A DNA stretch of 64,000 bases from Calditrichia bacterium (lineage in GTDB: Bacteria; Calditrichota; Calditrichia; JAJRVZ01), in assembly GCA_963765585.1 (NCBI GenBank), contig CAVXXB010000006.1, positions 68,007 to 132,006 of the forward strand, written 5' to 3'. Under the pieces are notes generated by a model, which was not told where the DNA came from, did not search any database, and saw only the letters and a program-made list of their open reading frames with translations. This document shows positions 1 to 8,998 of the stretch, one piece after another. The translations under genes and the position numbers were made by a program. The first letter of the stretch is position 1. The number at the start of each line of letters is the position of its first letter.

Positions 1-2110
1 TTCTTGCAACATCAATCAGCACTTCCAATTCCTGGGATGATACCTGTAGTGCATTTAATAATCCCTGGTTAATATTCATCAGTTCTCCCAGCTGCTCCAG
101 TTTGTAATCTTCAATTGCTTCTACTGCCTGTAAAGACAAGTCATCAATTTCTTTAAATATCCGGTTATATAGTTTTTTATTATTTTCCCATCTCTGATGA
201 ACGCCGGAGACCATCCGGGCGGTGAGGCTTTCAATACCACTAATCCCGATTACAATGGGTATGGATTTTTTAATTTTCAATTCCTGCATAAATGGTGGTT
301 CACCCTTTTTAAACAGAATGAATTTTCCATATGTCGCCAGTGTGTTATCAATCCCGGACGCATTTCCATGGGCAAGTATTTCAGATTCATATGCCAGTTT
401 ATTAATCTCCTCGGCTGAGAGTTTTAAATCGTATTGATCATCCAGCGCGCGTACGATTGCAACGGCCAATGCGGCTGATCCACCCAACCCCATGGCTCTG
501 GGTATATGGGGCACCACTTCAATTTTCATTCCCCGGTCCTGCAAATTCAGTTTTTCGAGAATCAAATCAAGCGACTTATAAATTGAATATTTATGATCTG
601 CACCCCGTTGTATTTTTTCTTCGACACCCCACCTTGGAATAAGCAGATGCACACCGTTTGAATTATCCCACACTTTCGCCTGCATGGCCAGATTGATTGG
701 CGCTGCGATGGCATGCACGCCATAAATAACAGCATGCTCACCTAATAATATGACTTTTCCATAACCTGAAGGAAATCCTTCAATGGTTTCAGTATCATCA
801 ATCTGGGTAACAAGTTCATCCGTTTGCTCCTGAAAATGTTGTAATATTTCTTTTGCCCGCCAAACCTTGATATTTCCATCTTCTACCAGCCGTTCAACCA
901 CATCATCAAACATTTCCGGCGGTGCGCCGGCAGATACGGCAACACTTCTGGCATGCAATGTCATATGCCCTTGTTGTATTCCTTCGGTGACCAGCGCTTT
1001 GAGTGCCGAGAAATTTTGCGCAAGGCCAACCGCACCCATTACTTCAGCCAGTTCTTTGGATGATTTGACATTTAATATATTCTGTGCAACCCCGACCGCC
1101 GGATTCGATTGTAATGATCCACCAACAATACCGACCTTTAGAGGCAGTTCGATGCAACCAAGAAGATCTCCGTTATCTGCTTTTTCCCAATTAGTCAGAC
1201 TGGTATAATTATTTCCGCGCGCAGCATATGCATGTGCCGCGGCTTCAATTGCCCGCCAATCATTTCCGGTTGCAATTGCTACCGCATCAATACCGTTCAT
1301 AATTCCTTTATTATGCGTCGTAGCACGATATCTGTCGACGGTAGCAAAATCATTGGCCACTATAATTCCGTCTCGTGCTTCCTCACCGCTATAGCCTTTT
1401 CCATCAAGTAATTTTGTCGGAATCCGGCACCTTGCCTTAACCATTGACCGGTCGGTTAGATTGGATAATATTCTTAAGAACACCTTACCATCGCTGATTT
1501 TTTCAATAAGTGATGCGACCGTTTCGCACATGCTGTTTACCAGATTGGCACCCATCGCATCCTGGGTATCGACAATCAGATGTACAACGACCATATCGCC
1601 ACGGTCCGATGATCCGGGATGAATGATCACCTCTACATCTTTGACACCGCCACCACGTGCCACCATCTTCGGGTGAAGACTATTGGCCAGATTGATAATT
1701 TCCTTTTTGTTCTGCATGATCGAATGTTGTGCTTTTGTAGGATGGTCCACATCAACTATCTGGATCTGACCAATCATTAAGGGATCATCACTCTCACAAA
1801 AAAATCCACCTGAATTTCGGATTGTTTTTGCGGCTGAACTTACGGCTGCCACAATGGATGGTTCTTCTACTACCATGGGAATAACATATGGTTTTTCATT
1901 TATCAAAAAATTCAATCCTAATCCAAGAGGCATGCCAAAAACGCCAATCACATTTTCGATCATCTTATCCGCTTCGGAAATTGTCAGAACATTGTCACCA
2001 TTAAAAAATGAAAAATATTCTTCTTTACTCAGGATTCCTTTTTCCCTGAGAATTTCCAGCCGTTCCGGTATTGACATTTTATAAAATTTTGGAATTCTTG
2101 AACGATCCAT
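1..2110 (-). CDS. Class II-type HMG-CoA reductase fused in-frame to a C-terminal GHMP-kinase (mevalonate kinase-like) domain. The 3' end runs off the window edge, so the ORF is absent from the supplied track.
   Basis: I translated the reverse strand by hand from the ATG at 2110. It is open to position 1. HMGR motif DAMGANLVN and ENVIGxxxxPLG are present. Downstream in the same frame are the kinase motifs GKVILLGEHAVIYG and PRAMGLGGSAALAVAIV (GHMP P-loop). A phosphomevalonate kinase and MVD follow on the same strand. Confidence 0.8.
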   Translation of the reverse strand, partial: MDRSRIPKFYKMSIPERLEILREKGILSKEEYFSFFNGDNVLTISEADKMIENVIGVFGMPLGLGLNFLINEKPYVIPMVVEEPSIVAAVSSAAKTIRNSGGFFCESDDPLMIGQIQIVDVDHPTKAQHSIMQNKKEIINLANSLHPKMVARGGGVKDVEVIIHPGSSDRGDMVVVHLIVDTQDAMGANLVNSMCETVASLIEKISDGKVFLRILSNLTDRSMVKARCRIPTKLLDGKGYSGEEARDGIIVANDFATVDRYRATTHNKGIMNGIDAVAIATGNDWRAIEAAAHAYAARGNNYTSLTNWEKADNGDLLGCIELPLKVGIVGGSLQSNPAVGVAQNILNVKSSKELAEVMGAVGLAQNFSALKALVTEGIQQGHMTLHARSVAVSAGAPPEMFDDVVERLVEDGNIKVWRAKEILQHFQEQTDELVTQIDDTETIEGFPSGYGKVILLGEHAVIYGVHAIAAPINLAMQAKVWDNSNGVHLLIPRWGVEEKIQRGADHKYSIYKSLDLILEKLNLQDRGMKIEVVPHIPRAMGLGGSAALAVAIVRALDDQYDLKLSAEEINKLAYESEILAHGNASGIDNTLATYGKFILFKKGEPPFMQELKIKKSIPIVIGISGIESLTARMVSGVHQRWENNKKLYNRIFKEIDDLSLQAVEAIEDYKLEQLGELMNINQGLLNALQVSSQELEVLIDVAR

Positions 2111-2127
2111 GACAAAGCACCTGTGTT

Positions 2128-3168
2128 TTAGTGATCAATGAAGTGAACACCCATTTCTTCTGCTGAGATATCCATAACGTCAATATTTTTACTAACCAGT
2201 TTTTTGTGAAGATCCTGATAGATTGTTTCTGAAGAACAAAAGGCGATTCCCAGATCCCCGCCGCCCGCGCCTGACGGCTTATAAACTGCGCCAAGATTCA
2301 TTACTTCTTCGGCAATATCACAATGATTTTTCGATATAATTGGGATTCCCGCTTTTTCTCCCATAATTTTCATTTGCAGATAGTACTCCTTTACAATATC
2401 TAAGAATGCTTTTGTATCAGTTGAATAACTTTGACAACCCTGATTTGCAAGATCCTTTAGTTTATTAATCAATTCCGAAAATATTTGAGGATTGGACTGT
2501 TGAAATATGTTTAGAGTTTCGAGCATATCACTTGTTGATGCAGCTTCCCCGGACCATATGTATATCATATATAAATCACTGTTTTTATTTACTTTAACGA
2601 CTCCATCAGGTGCAATCACCATTTTATACTTAAGTATGCTTCCAAAAACACTGGCAGCGATATCAATTCCACTCCCCTTTTTCCCCTGTGCAGTAAAATG
2701 AACATCATGACTCATTTTAAATAAATTATCAGGCGAAACTGTATAGTTGTTAAACTCCAACAATGCTTTTAAAATGGCAACTGAAAAAGCCGCACTGGAA
2801 CCCAGTCCCAATTTGCTCCCGGTCAACCGATGATAGAAATCAGATGTATCGGCTGTTATCACACAGGGGTGGAATTTTAAACCATTGTCTTTTAAAAATT
2901 GATACACATGCTGAACAGCATGTTGCGCAAACGTCAGATCGGATAGCACAGGTGTCAGAAATTCTAATTCAGATTGATCATCCAGTCGAAATCTGAATTC
3001 AGAACCGGGTATATTTTTTGCGCGGAAAATGGACTCTTCAGTAATCGATGATTTGACAGTCACTTTGCAATAACGATCGACACTTGTGACAAGTGATTCT
3101 GATCCGTAAAGGACCGCATATTCTCCGATGATAATGAGTTTACCCGGTGCTAACCAAGTTCTATCCAA
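2128..3168 (-). CDS. GHMP kinase, probably ERG8-type phosphomevalonate kinase
   Basis: 346 aa. N-terminal APGKLIIIGEYAVLYG resembles the ERG8-type PMK N-terminus. GHMP motif KLGLGSSAAFSVAIL. It sits between the HMGR-MVK fusion and MVD. Confidence 0.65.
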   Translation of the reverse strand: MDRTWLAPGKLIIIGEYAVLYGSESLVTSVDRYCKVTVKSSITEESIFRAKNIPGSEFRFRLDDQSELEFLTPVLSDLTFAQHAVQHVYQFLKDNGLKFHPCVITADTSDFYHRLTGSKLGLGSSAAFSVAILKALLEFNNYTVSPDNLFKMSHDVHFTAQGKKGSGIDIAASVFGSILKYKMVIAPDGVVKVNKNSDLYMIYIWSGEAASTSDMLETLNIFQQSNPQIFSELINKLKDLANQGCQSYSTDTKAFLDIVKEYYLQMKIMGEKAGIPIISKNHCDIAEEVMNLGAVYKPSGAGGGDLGIAFCSSETIYQDLHKKLVSKNIDVMDISAEEMGVHFIDH

Positions 3169-3169
3169 A

Positions 3170-4153
3170 TTATTTCTCCAGATACGAATCAGGCCCCAGT
3201 TTTGAAGGGATTATTTTTTGAATACCCCTTACTGTTTTTAATGCCGTGAACACTTTTTCCTCATATTCAGGCAGGGTAAGCAGTTTAACCTGTGGCCCGG
3301 CATCGATGGTAAAATATACCGGAATACCCTCCTTGCGCAATTGTTGAACGAGGTGAATAATGATCATGGTCACGTTATTCCAATATATCAGTGCAGGCTG
3401 GGTAGAAATCATGACGGCATGCATTTTGAGACAACTGCTTTCACTTAACTCACCCAATTTTTGGAAATCTTTACTGGCAATGGCCTGGTGCATTTCTTGA
3501 ATATCATTAGCAGAAGTGCTTAACCAGGAGTTATAATAGGCGGATGTATGCGCACTGTTTTCCATGCCGATGGTTGAGTTATAGGTTTTTTCTGCTTCGG
3601 TTGTGACGGCCACCAGCACCCGCAGATCCCAGTAATTTTCATCCTGTATCTGATATGCATGTGCGTCGCTGCCATCTGGTAATTCGCCCATCTTCATTTC
3701 GGCAAATCCGCCAAAAAGTGATCTTGCAGCCGAACCAGACCCTCTTCGGGCCAGAACGGATAATTGTTTTAAGGGGAGGTTTAATCCAAGTGCTTCGGTT
3801 GATGCCAGCGCCAGAGCGGCGAATGCCGAAGCCGAGGACGCTAATCCGGCTCCAGTGGGAAAATTGTTTTCACTGGTAACCGAGGCAAAGATTGAAATAC
3901 GAGATTGAGTTCGGACCAGATCAAGAAACTTGCTAACACGAGCTTGTTTAAGTCCTCTGACGCGTCTACCTCCCAGAATAAATTCATCCTCATTCAGAGA
4001 TTCATCAAACGTCACTTTCGTGCGCGTAGATAACGCATCCAGGGTTATGGAGATGGAACCGACCGCAGGTAGATTGAGGGCAGAGTCACGTTTCCCCCAA
4101 TACTTAATAAGTGCAATATTAGAATGAGCCACGGCAGAAGCAGAATTTTTCAT
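3170..4153 (-). CDS. mvaD: Diphosphomevalonate decarboxylase
   Basis: Signature NIALIKYWGKRD and GHMP fold. The track ORF extends to 4297, but the extra N-terminal residues are a translation of the adjacent repeat. The true start is probably MKNSASAV at 4153. Confidence 0.8.
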   Translation of the reverse strand: MKNSASAVAHSNIALIKYWGKRDSALNLPAVGSISITLDALSTRTKVTFDESLNEDEFILGGRRVRGLKQARVSKFLDLVRTQSRISIFASVTSENNFPTGAGLASSASAFAALALASTEALGLNLPLKQLSVLARRGSGSAARSLFGGFAEMKMGELPDGSDAHAYQIQDENYWDLRVLVAVTTEAEKTYNSTIGMENSAHTSAYYNSWLSTSANDIQEMHQAIASKDFQKLGELSESSCLKMHAVMISTQPALIYWNNVTMIIIHLVQQLRKEGIPVYFTIDAGPQVKLLTLPEYEEKVFTALKTVRGIQKIIPSKLGPDSYLEK

Positions 4154-4204
4154 AAGAATATCTGAACCTTGATTGATTCTAAGACAGCAATATAAAAAAT
4201 GTGG

Positions 4205-5640
4205 ATGTAGGTTGCAATTCAGGAGGCAAGATACAGGATGCAAGATGCAGGATACAGGATTCAGGATGCTGGATGCTCGGTACTCGCAACTCGGCACTCG
4301 CTTCTCGGCGCTCGCCGCTGGATGAATAAAATTGTTCCCGATAACTGGTACAAAAATGCATTATTATTGCTCATCTACCTTTTACAAAAGCCCCGAAGGG
4401 GCTAAATATTTGTAGCCGCGGGCAAGGCCCGCGGTGGAAGATACATCCCACAACCCATAACCCCGAAGGGGTTAAATAAATGCTCACACATCGGGAAGAT
4501 TCCTGCGGAATGACAGGCAGGAGACAATATACAGATTCAGGATGCAGGATGCATCGGTGCTCGATACTCGGCACTCGTCAAGATGCTAGGATGCTCTGTA
4601 CTCGCAACTCGGCACTTACCGCTGGCCAATCTATCTTTTAGAAAAGCCCCGAAGGGGCTAAACAATTATAGCCGTGGGCGCAGCCCACGGTAGAAGATAC
4701 ATCCACAACCCATAACCCCGAAGGGGTTAAATAAAAACTCACACACGGGAAGATCTCTGCGGAATGACAGGGCAGGAGACAAGATACAGGATCAGGATTC
4801 AGGATACAAGATGCTCGATGCTGGATACTGGATTCAAGATGCTGGATGCTCGGTTCTCGGTACGCGGCACTGGCCGCTGGCCAATCATCATTCAGATAAG
4901 CCCCGAAGGGGCTAAATAATTATAGCCGTGGGCGCAGCCCACGGTAGAAGATGCATCCACAATCCATAACCCCGAAGGGGTTAAATAAAAAATCACACGA
5001 CGGGATGATCTCTGCGAGATGACATGGCAGGAGACAAGATACAGGATTCAGGATTCAGGATACAAGATGCTCGATGCTGGATACTGGATTCAAGATGCAG
5101 GATGCTCGGTACTCGCAACTCGGCGCTCGCCGCGTGGCCAATCATCATTCAGAAAAGCCCCGAAGGGGCTAAAAATTATAGCCGCGGGCAAGGCCCGCGG
5201 TAGAAGATACATCCACAACCCATAACCCCGAAGGGGTTAAATAAATACTCACACGATCGGGAAGATCTCCTGCGGAGATGACAGGACAGGAGACAAGATA
5301 CAGGATTCAGGATTCAGGATACAAGATGCTCGATGCTGGATACTGGATTCAAGATGCAGGATGCTCGGTTCTCGGTACGCGGCACTGGCCGCTGGCCAAA
5401 TCATCATTCAGATAAGCCCCGAAGGGGCTAAATAATTCTAGCCGCGGGCAAGGCCCACGGTAGAAGATACATCCAAAACCCATAACCCCGAAGGGGTTAA
5501 ATAAAAAATCACACGACGGGATGATCTCTGCGAGATGACAGAGCAGGAATCAGGATACAGGATACAAAATTCTGGATACTGGATGCTGGATGCTCGGTTC
5601 TTGGCACTGGACGCAGGATAAAAGTCCTTCTCCATAGGAT
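4205..5640. repeat. Tandem array of a ~256-bp composite structured repeat: 5 full units starting at ~4387, 4643, 4897, 5153 and 5412, plus a leading partial unit. Each unit holds four hairpins and a ~90-bp degenerate 7-bp-periodic tract.
   Basis: Direct reading. Each unit contains, in order: AAAAGCCCCGAAGGGGCTAAA; TAGCCGYGGGCRMRGCCCRCGGT; AACCCCGAAGGGGTTAAATAAA; GATCTCTGCGAGATGACAG or GATTCCTGCGGAATGACAG; then (GGATNCA/GATGCTN)n. Stem differences between copies are compensatory. Confidence 0.9.
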
Positions 5641-5737
5641 CCTGTTGCGGGACAGGATGACAGTGTTAATTTGGAAGTACTTAGGGACTAAGGCGCTTAG
5701 GGACTTTCTCTTAGCCTCTTTTCCTCTTCGCCTTCTA

Positions 5738-6193
5738 TTACTCAATCACCTTCGTTATCGTAAAAAAAGATCGATTACTTTCGGCCATATTTTTAGAGAT
5801 ATTTCTGGAGATTAACGCACTGATGCCCAATCCGGCAAGTCCACCTGCAAAGAAAAGTAATTCCTGATGAATTCCGGCAATAGTAAAGTCAATTATATAT
5901 AGAACTATAATTCCCAGCAAAAAACCGATAAAAGGAATGCCATATTGCACGGCTGATACTTTTAGTAGAAAATCTGAGGACTCGCTGATGGCTACACGAT
6001 TGCCGACACCGGCATTTAAAGGATTTGAGACTTTTAATGCTCTTTTTCCGTCCTTATCCGGGACACATAACACCCTGGCACCACAATTTTCGCATGCAGG
6101 TTGTATGTTCAACTCGACAATGGCATTGCCATTCTGAACCTGCGTGATAATTCCGGTTTCAAAATCCTGGGCACCGGACTCCTGATTAGGCAC
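5738..6193 (-). CDS. rseC: RseC/MucC-family protein (SoxR-reducing-system component often linked to rsx/rnf operons)
   Basis: 151 aa. N-terminal Cys-rich region (CENCGARVLC) followed by two predicted TM helices. Immediately downstream of rnfB in the same operon orientation. Confidence 0.55.
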   Translation of the reverse strand: MPNQESGAQDFETGIITQVQNGNAIVELNIQPACENCGARVLCVPDKDGKRALKVSNPLNAGVGNRVAISESSDFLLKVSAVQYGIPFIGFLLGIIVLYIIDFTIAGIHQELLFFAGGLAGLGISALISRNISKNMAESNRSFFTITKVIE

Positions 6194-7028
6194 TTTCAGC
6201 CACTTCCTTTTCAGGCATCGGGCTCATATTCAAAACAACCAGACCGTCGGTCGGGCATTTTTCTACCGGAAAATCTGTGTCGGTACCATACACATTATAA
6301 TTGATTACAGCCAGGTTATTATCCATAACCATATTTGTTTCACCGGCAACCCGGGCACAGATACCACATCCCACGCAGGCACGGGTACATATTTTGCGGG
6401 ATTCCTTTGGTGAATCATGGTTCTTACAAAGGACAAACAATTTATGACTTTCAGGGTGTAATTCAATAATATCCCGTGGGCATGCTTCAACACAATTTCC
6501 ACATCCGGTGCATTTTGCATCGATCACCACCGGCAAACCATTATCGTTCATAAAGATGGCATCAAATGGGCATGAGGCAACACAATCAGCAAATCCAATA
6601 CAGCCATAGCTGCATAGTTTATCGCCACCACCGGCAAAAGTTGCGGCCACACAGGTTTCGATTCCATCATACACACCTTTTTTCGCCGTTTCTGCTTCAC
6701 CGCCCTGACAAAATACGCGGGCCAACATACGATCCGATTGTTCAACTTCCACACCGAGTATTTCCGAAATGGCAATTACCGCATCATCCGTACTTACCGG
6801 ACAGGCTGACGGTGCCATTTCGCCATTGACCACAGCTTCGGCAAACTTACCACATCCCGGTAATCCGCATCCGCCGCAATTTACACCCGGCAGTTCTTCT
6901 ACCACCAAAGCGATTCGCGGATCTTCCTCTACGTGTAACTTTTTATTTGCAATGGACAACCCGGCTGAAAAGATAATACCGAGCCCGCCCATACTGGCTA
7001 CTGAAATTAAAATTGATCCAAGATCCAT
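6186..7028 (-). CDS. rnfB: Rnf electron-transport complex subunit B (polyferredoxin)
   Basis: N-terminal TM helix, the CGGCGLPGCG motif, and multiple CxxCxxCxxxCP 4Fe-4S motifs. Confidence 0.8.
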   Translation of the reverse strand: MDLGSILISVASMGGLGIIFSAGLSIANKKLHVEEDPRIALVVEELPGVNCGGCGLPGCGKFAEAVVNGEMAPSACPVSTDDAVIAISEILGVEVEQSDRMLARVFCQGGEAETAKKGVYDGIETCVAATFAGGGDKLCSYGCIGFADCVASCPFDAIFMNDNGLPVVIDAKCTGCGNCVEACPRDIIELHPESHKLFVLCKNHDSPKESRKICTRACVGCGICARVAGETNMVMDNNLAVINYNVYGTDTDFPVEKCPTDGLVVLNMSPMPEKEVAESA

Positions 7029-7059
7029 GCTTACCTCATATTATGATTTATCCAAAAAA

Positions 7060-7180
7060 CATGCTATTTGATTAGAGATTAGAAATGAGAGATGAGAGAT
7101 GGTAATCGGTAATTAGTTATTTTTTCTTAGGAATTTGGCAGATCATTCCAAATCTCTAATCTCTAATCTCTAATTTCTAA
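7060..7180. repeat. Imperfect inverted repeat built from (AGAGATT)n heptamers, with ~35-bp arms and a ~50-bp spacer, lying between rnfB and rnfA
   Basis: Left arm gattagagattagaaatgagagatgagagatgg. Right arm ccaaatctctaatctctaatctctaatttctaatc, which is its reverse complement with mismatches. Confidence 0.7.
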
Positions 7181-7759
7181 TCATACCGATATCAGCCCGG
7201 CAAAACCCATAAAAGCCAGTGCCAGCGAGGCTGCGACGATCATGGTAATTCCGGCGCCTTCAAATGGTTTTGGTACTTTGGCAAGTTCCAGTTCCTCACG
7301 GATACCCGCCATAATTACGATGGCCAGGGTAAATCCGGCACCCGCACCAATTCCAAATACCAGACTTTCCATAAAATCATATTCACGGAGTACTGAAAAC
7401 AATGCCAGACCCAATATGGCACAATTTGTCGTAATGAGCGGCAGGTAAATACCCAGCGCATCATACAGAGGTTTACTTATTTTTCGTACAAACATTTCAA
7501 CCAGTTGCACCAATGATGCAATAACCAGAATAAATGAAACATACTGTAAAATTTCCAACTGGAATGGCACCAGAATCAGATTATAAATCAACCAGGTAAC
7601 CGCGGCTGTAATTGTCATTACAAACGTTACTGCCATCCCCATACTCACCGCAGATGATATTTTTTTTGAGACGCCAACAAAGGGACAGATTCCCAGGAAG
7701 TATGACAAGACAAAGTTATTTACAACCGCCGCAGATACAAATAATAAGAAAAATTTCAT
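7181..7759 (-). CDS. rnfA: Rnf complex subunit A
   Basis: 192-aa polytopic membrane protein of the RnfA/NqrE family, in rnf operon context. Confidence 0.8.
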   Translation of the reverse strand: MKFFLLFVSAAVVNNFVLSYFLGICPFVGVSKKISSAVSMGMAVTFVMTITAAVTWLIYNLILVPFQLEILQYVSFILVIASLVQLVEMFVRKISKPLYDALGIYLPLITTNCAILGLALFSVLREYDFMESLVFGIGAGAGFTLAIVIMAGIREELELAKVPKPFEGAGITMIVAASLALAFMGFAGLISV

Positions 7760-8370
7760 GCCTTGGCCCTCCTGTCATTGATCCAGTTAGTTAGGGCAAT
7801 AAAGAATCCCAATCCCAGAAATGCACCTGGCGGTAAAATCATCACCATCCATGGTGTAAACCAATCACCAAGAACTGTAAAACCAAATAAGGTTCCAGTA
7901 CCCAGTATTTCCCGGAACCCACCAAGAACAATTAATACAAATATAAATCCCACACCCATACCAGAGCTATCCAGCAAGGATTTACCTATACCATTTTTTG
8001 AAGAAAATGCCTCCTGCCGGCCTAGAATCAGACAGTTCACCACGATCAGTGGCACATATGGACCAAGTGCTTTACTGATATCTGGAAAATATGCGGCCAG
8101 AAACCTGTCAGCCACGGTTACAAAGGTGGCAATAATAACGATATAACTGGCAATTCTAACCTGATGGGGTATCACTTTTCTGAGTAAAGATATAATAATA
8201 CTCGAGTGAAGTAACACAAATGTAGTCGCCAATCCCATGGCCAAACCGTTAATCGCCGAGTTGGTAACAGCCAGAACCGGACAGAGCCCAAGTAATGAAC
8301 TTAATACCGGATTCTCAGCCCATAAGCCTTTTGCAAATTCAGCCGCTGCAGAAATCTTTGATTTTGCCAT
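7756..8370 (-). CDS. rnfE: Rnf complex subunit E
   Basis: 204-aa membrane protein of the RnfE/NqrD family, adjacent to rnfA. Confidence 0.8.
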   Translation of the reverse strand: MAKSKISAAAEFAKGLWAENPVLSSLLGLCPVLAVTNSAINGLAMGLATTFVLLHSSIIISLLRKVIPHQVRIASYIVIIATFVTVADRFLAAYFPDISKALGPYVPLIVVNCLILGRQEAFSSKNGIGKSLLDSSGMGVGFIFVLIVLGGFREILGTGTLFGFTVLGDWFTPWMVMILPPGAFLGLGFFIALTNWINDRRAKA

Positions 8371-8389
8371 TCTTTATCCTTCAGTTTAT

Positions 8390-8998
8390 TTACAAAACCT
8401 CTTTTGCCGGCCCGGATGGGGCAGAGGTATATGCTTGTCTTACCTTTTTAATATAATCATTCAATATATTTACAACTGCCTGTGATGAAATCGTCGCCCC
8501 TGTAATGGCCTGAATATCATACGGATTAGTGGGCTTGACATTTTTCACCACACCAATCTGAGGTTCTGTCTTTAGTTTTTTGAACTGATTGGGAAACCAG
8601 TATGGATCTTTTTTATTTGACGGATCAACCACAATTTTTGTACCCAAGCCCGGGGTTTCTATCTGCTCTAGAATTTTGATCCCGGTTATTTCCGTAAAAT
8701 CCATGGTCAAACCAACCATGATCGAGACTTTACCCTGAAATCCGCTTCCCACTGCTTCACAGGCGACACCAACCGGTTGTCCATCCTGATCTTTGCCAAC
8801 ATAAAGTGTAATGCCATTATTGACAATCTCATCATATTCCTGATATGGCGGTAACACTTCAGAGATGGCTTTCTTTAATTCGGCAAGTTTATGGGCTTCA
8901 ATTTTGGGTTTTGTAATTCCATCCCACGTTGAAAGCAGACCACCGGAAAACATTGTAATCACTGTTAATACAACAATCATTTTTTGTGTCGTGGTCAT
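8390..8998 (-). CDS. rnfG: Rnf complex subunit G (FMN-binding)
   Basis: Single N-terminal TM helix. FMN-attachment motif AITGATISS. Confidence 0.75.
   Translation of the reverse strand: MTTTQKMIVVLTVITMFSGGLLSTWDGITKPKIEAHKLAELKKAISEVLPPYQEYDEIVNNGITLYVGKDQDGQPVGVACEAVGSGFQGKVSIMVGLTMDFTEITGIKILEQIETPGLGTKIVVDPSNKKDPYWFPNQFKKLKTEPQIGVVKNVKPTNPYDIQAITGATISSQAVVNILNDYIKKVRQAYTSAPSGPAKEVL

Noticed and set aside
2079-2294. 71-aa ORF 2079..2294 (-) overlapping the phosphomevalonate kinase 3' end and the fusion-gene start
   Set aside because: Out-of-frame overlap with two strongly supported genes. Spurious.
4205-5640. Possibility that the tandem array is a CRISPR locus
   Set aside because: Units are ~256 bp and directly abutting, with no unique spacers. 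No cas genes are nearby. The structure is a tandem satellite, not repeat-spacer.
4179-5745. Track ORFs inside the tandem repeat array: 4179..4361, 4371..4574, 5019..5225, 5438..5635, 5509..5745 and the N-terminal 48 residues of 3170..4297
   Set aside because: Their peptides (…CILHPVSCIL…, …ASSIQ…) are literal translations of the heptamer and hairpin repeats. The ORFs recur in phase with the 256-bp period and have no RBS or family similarity. I trimmed the MVD start to 4153.
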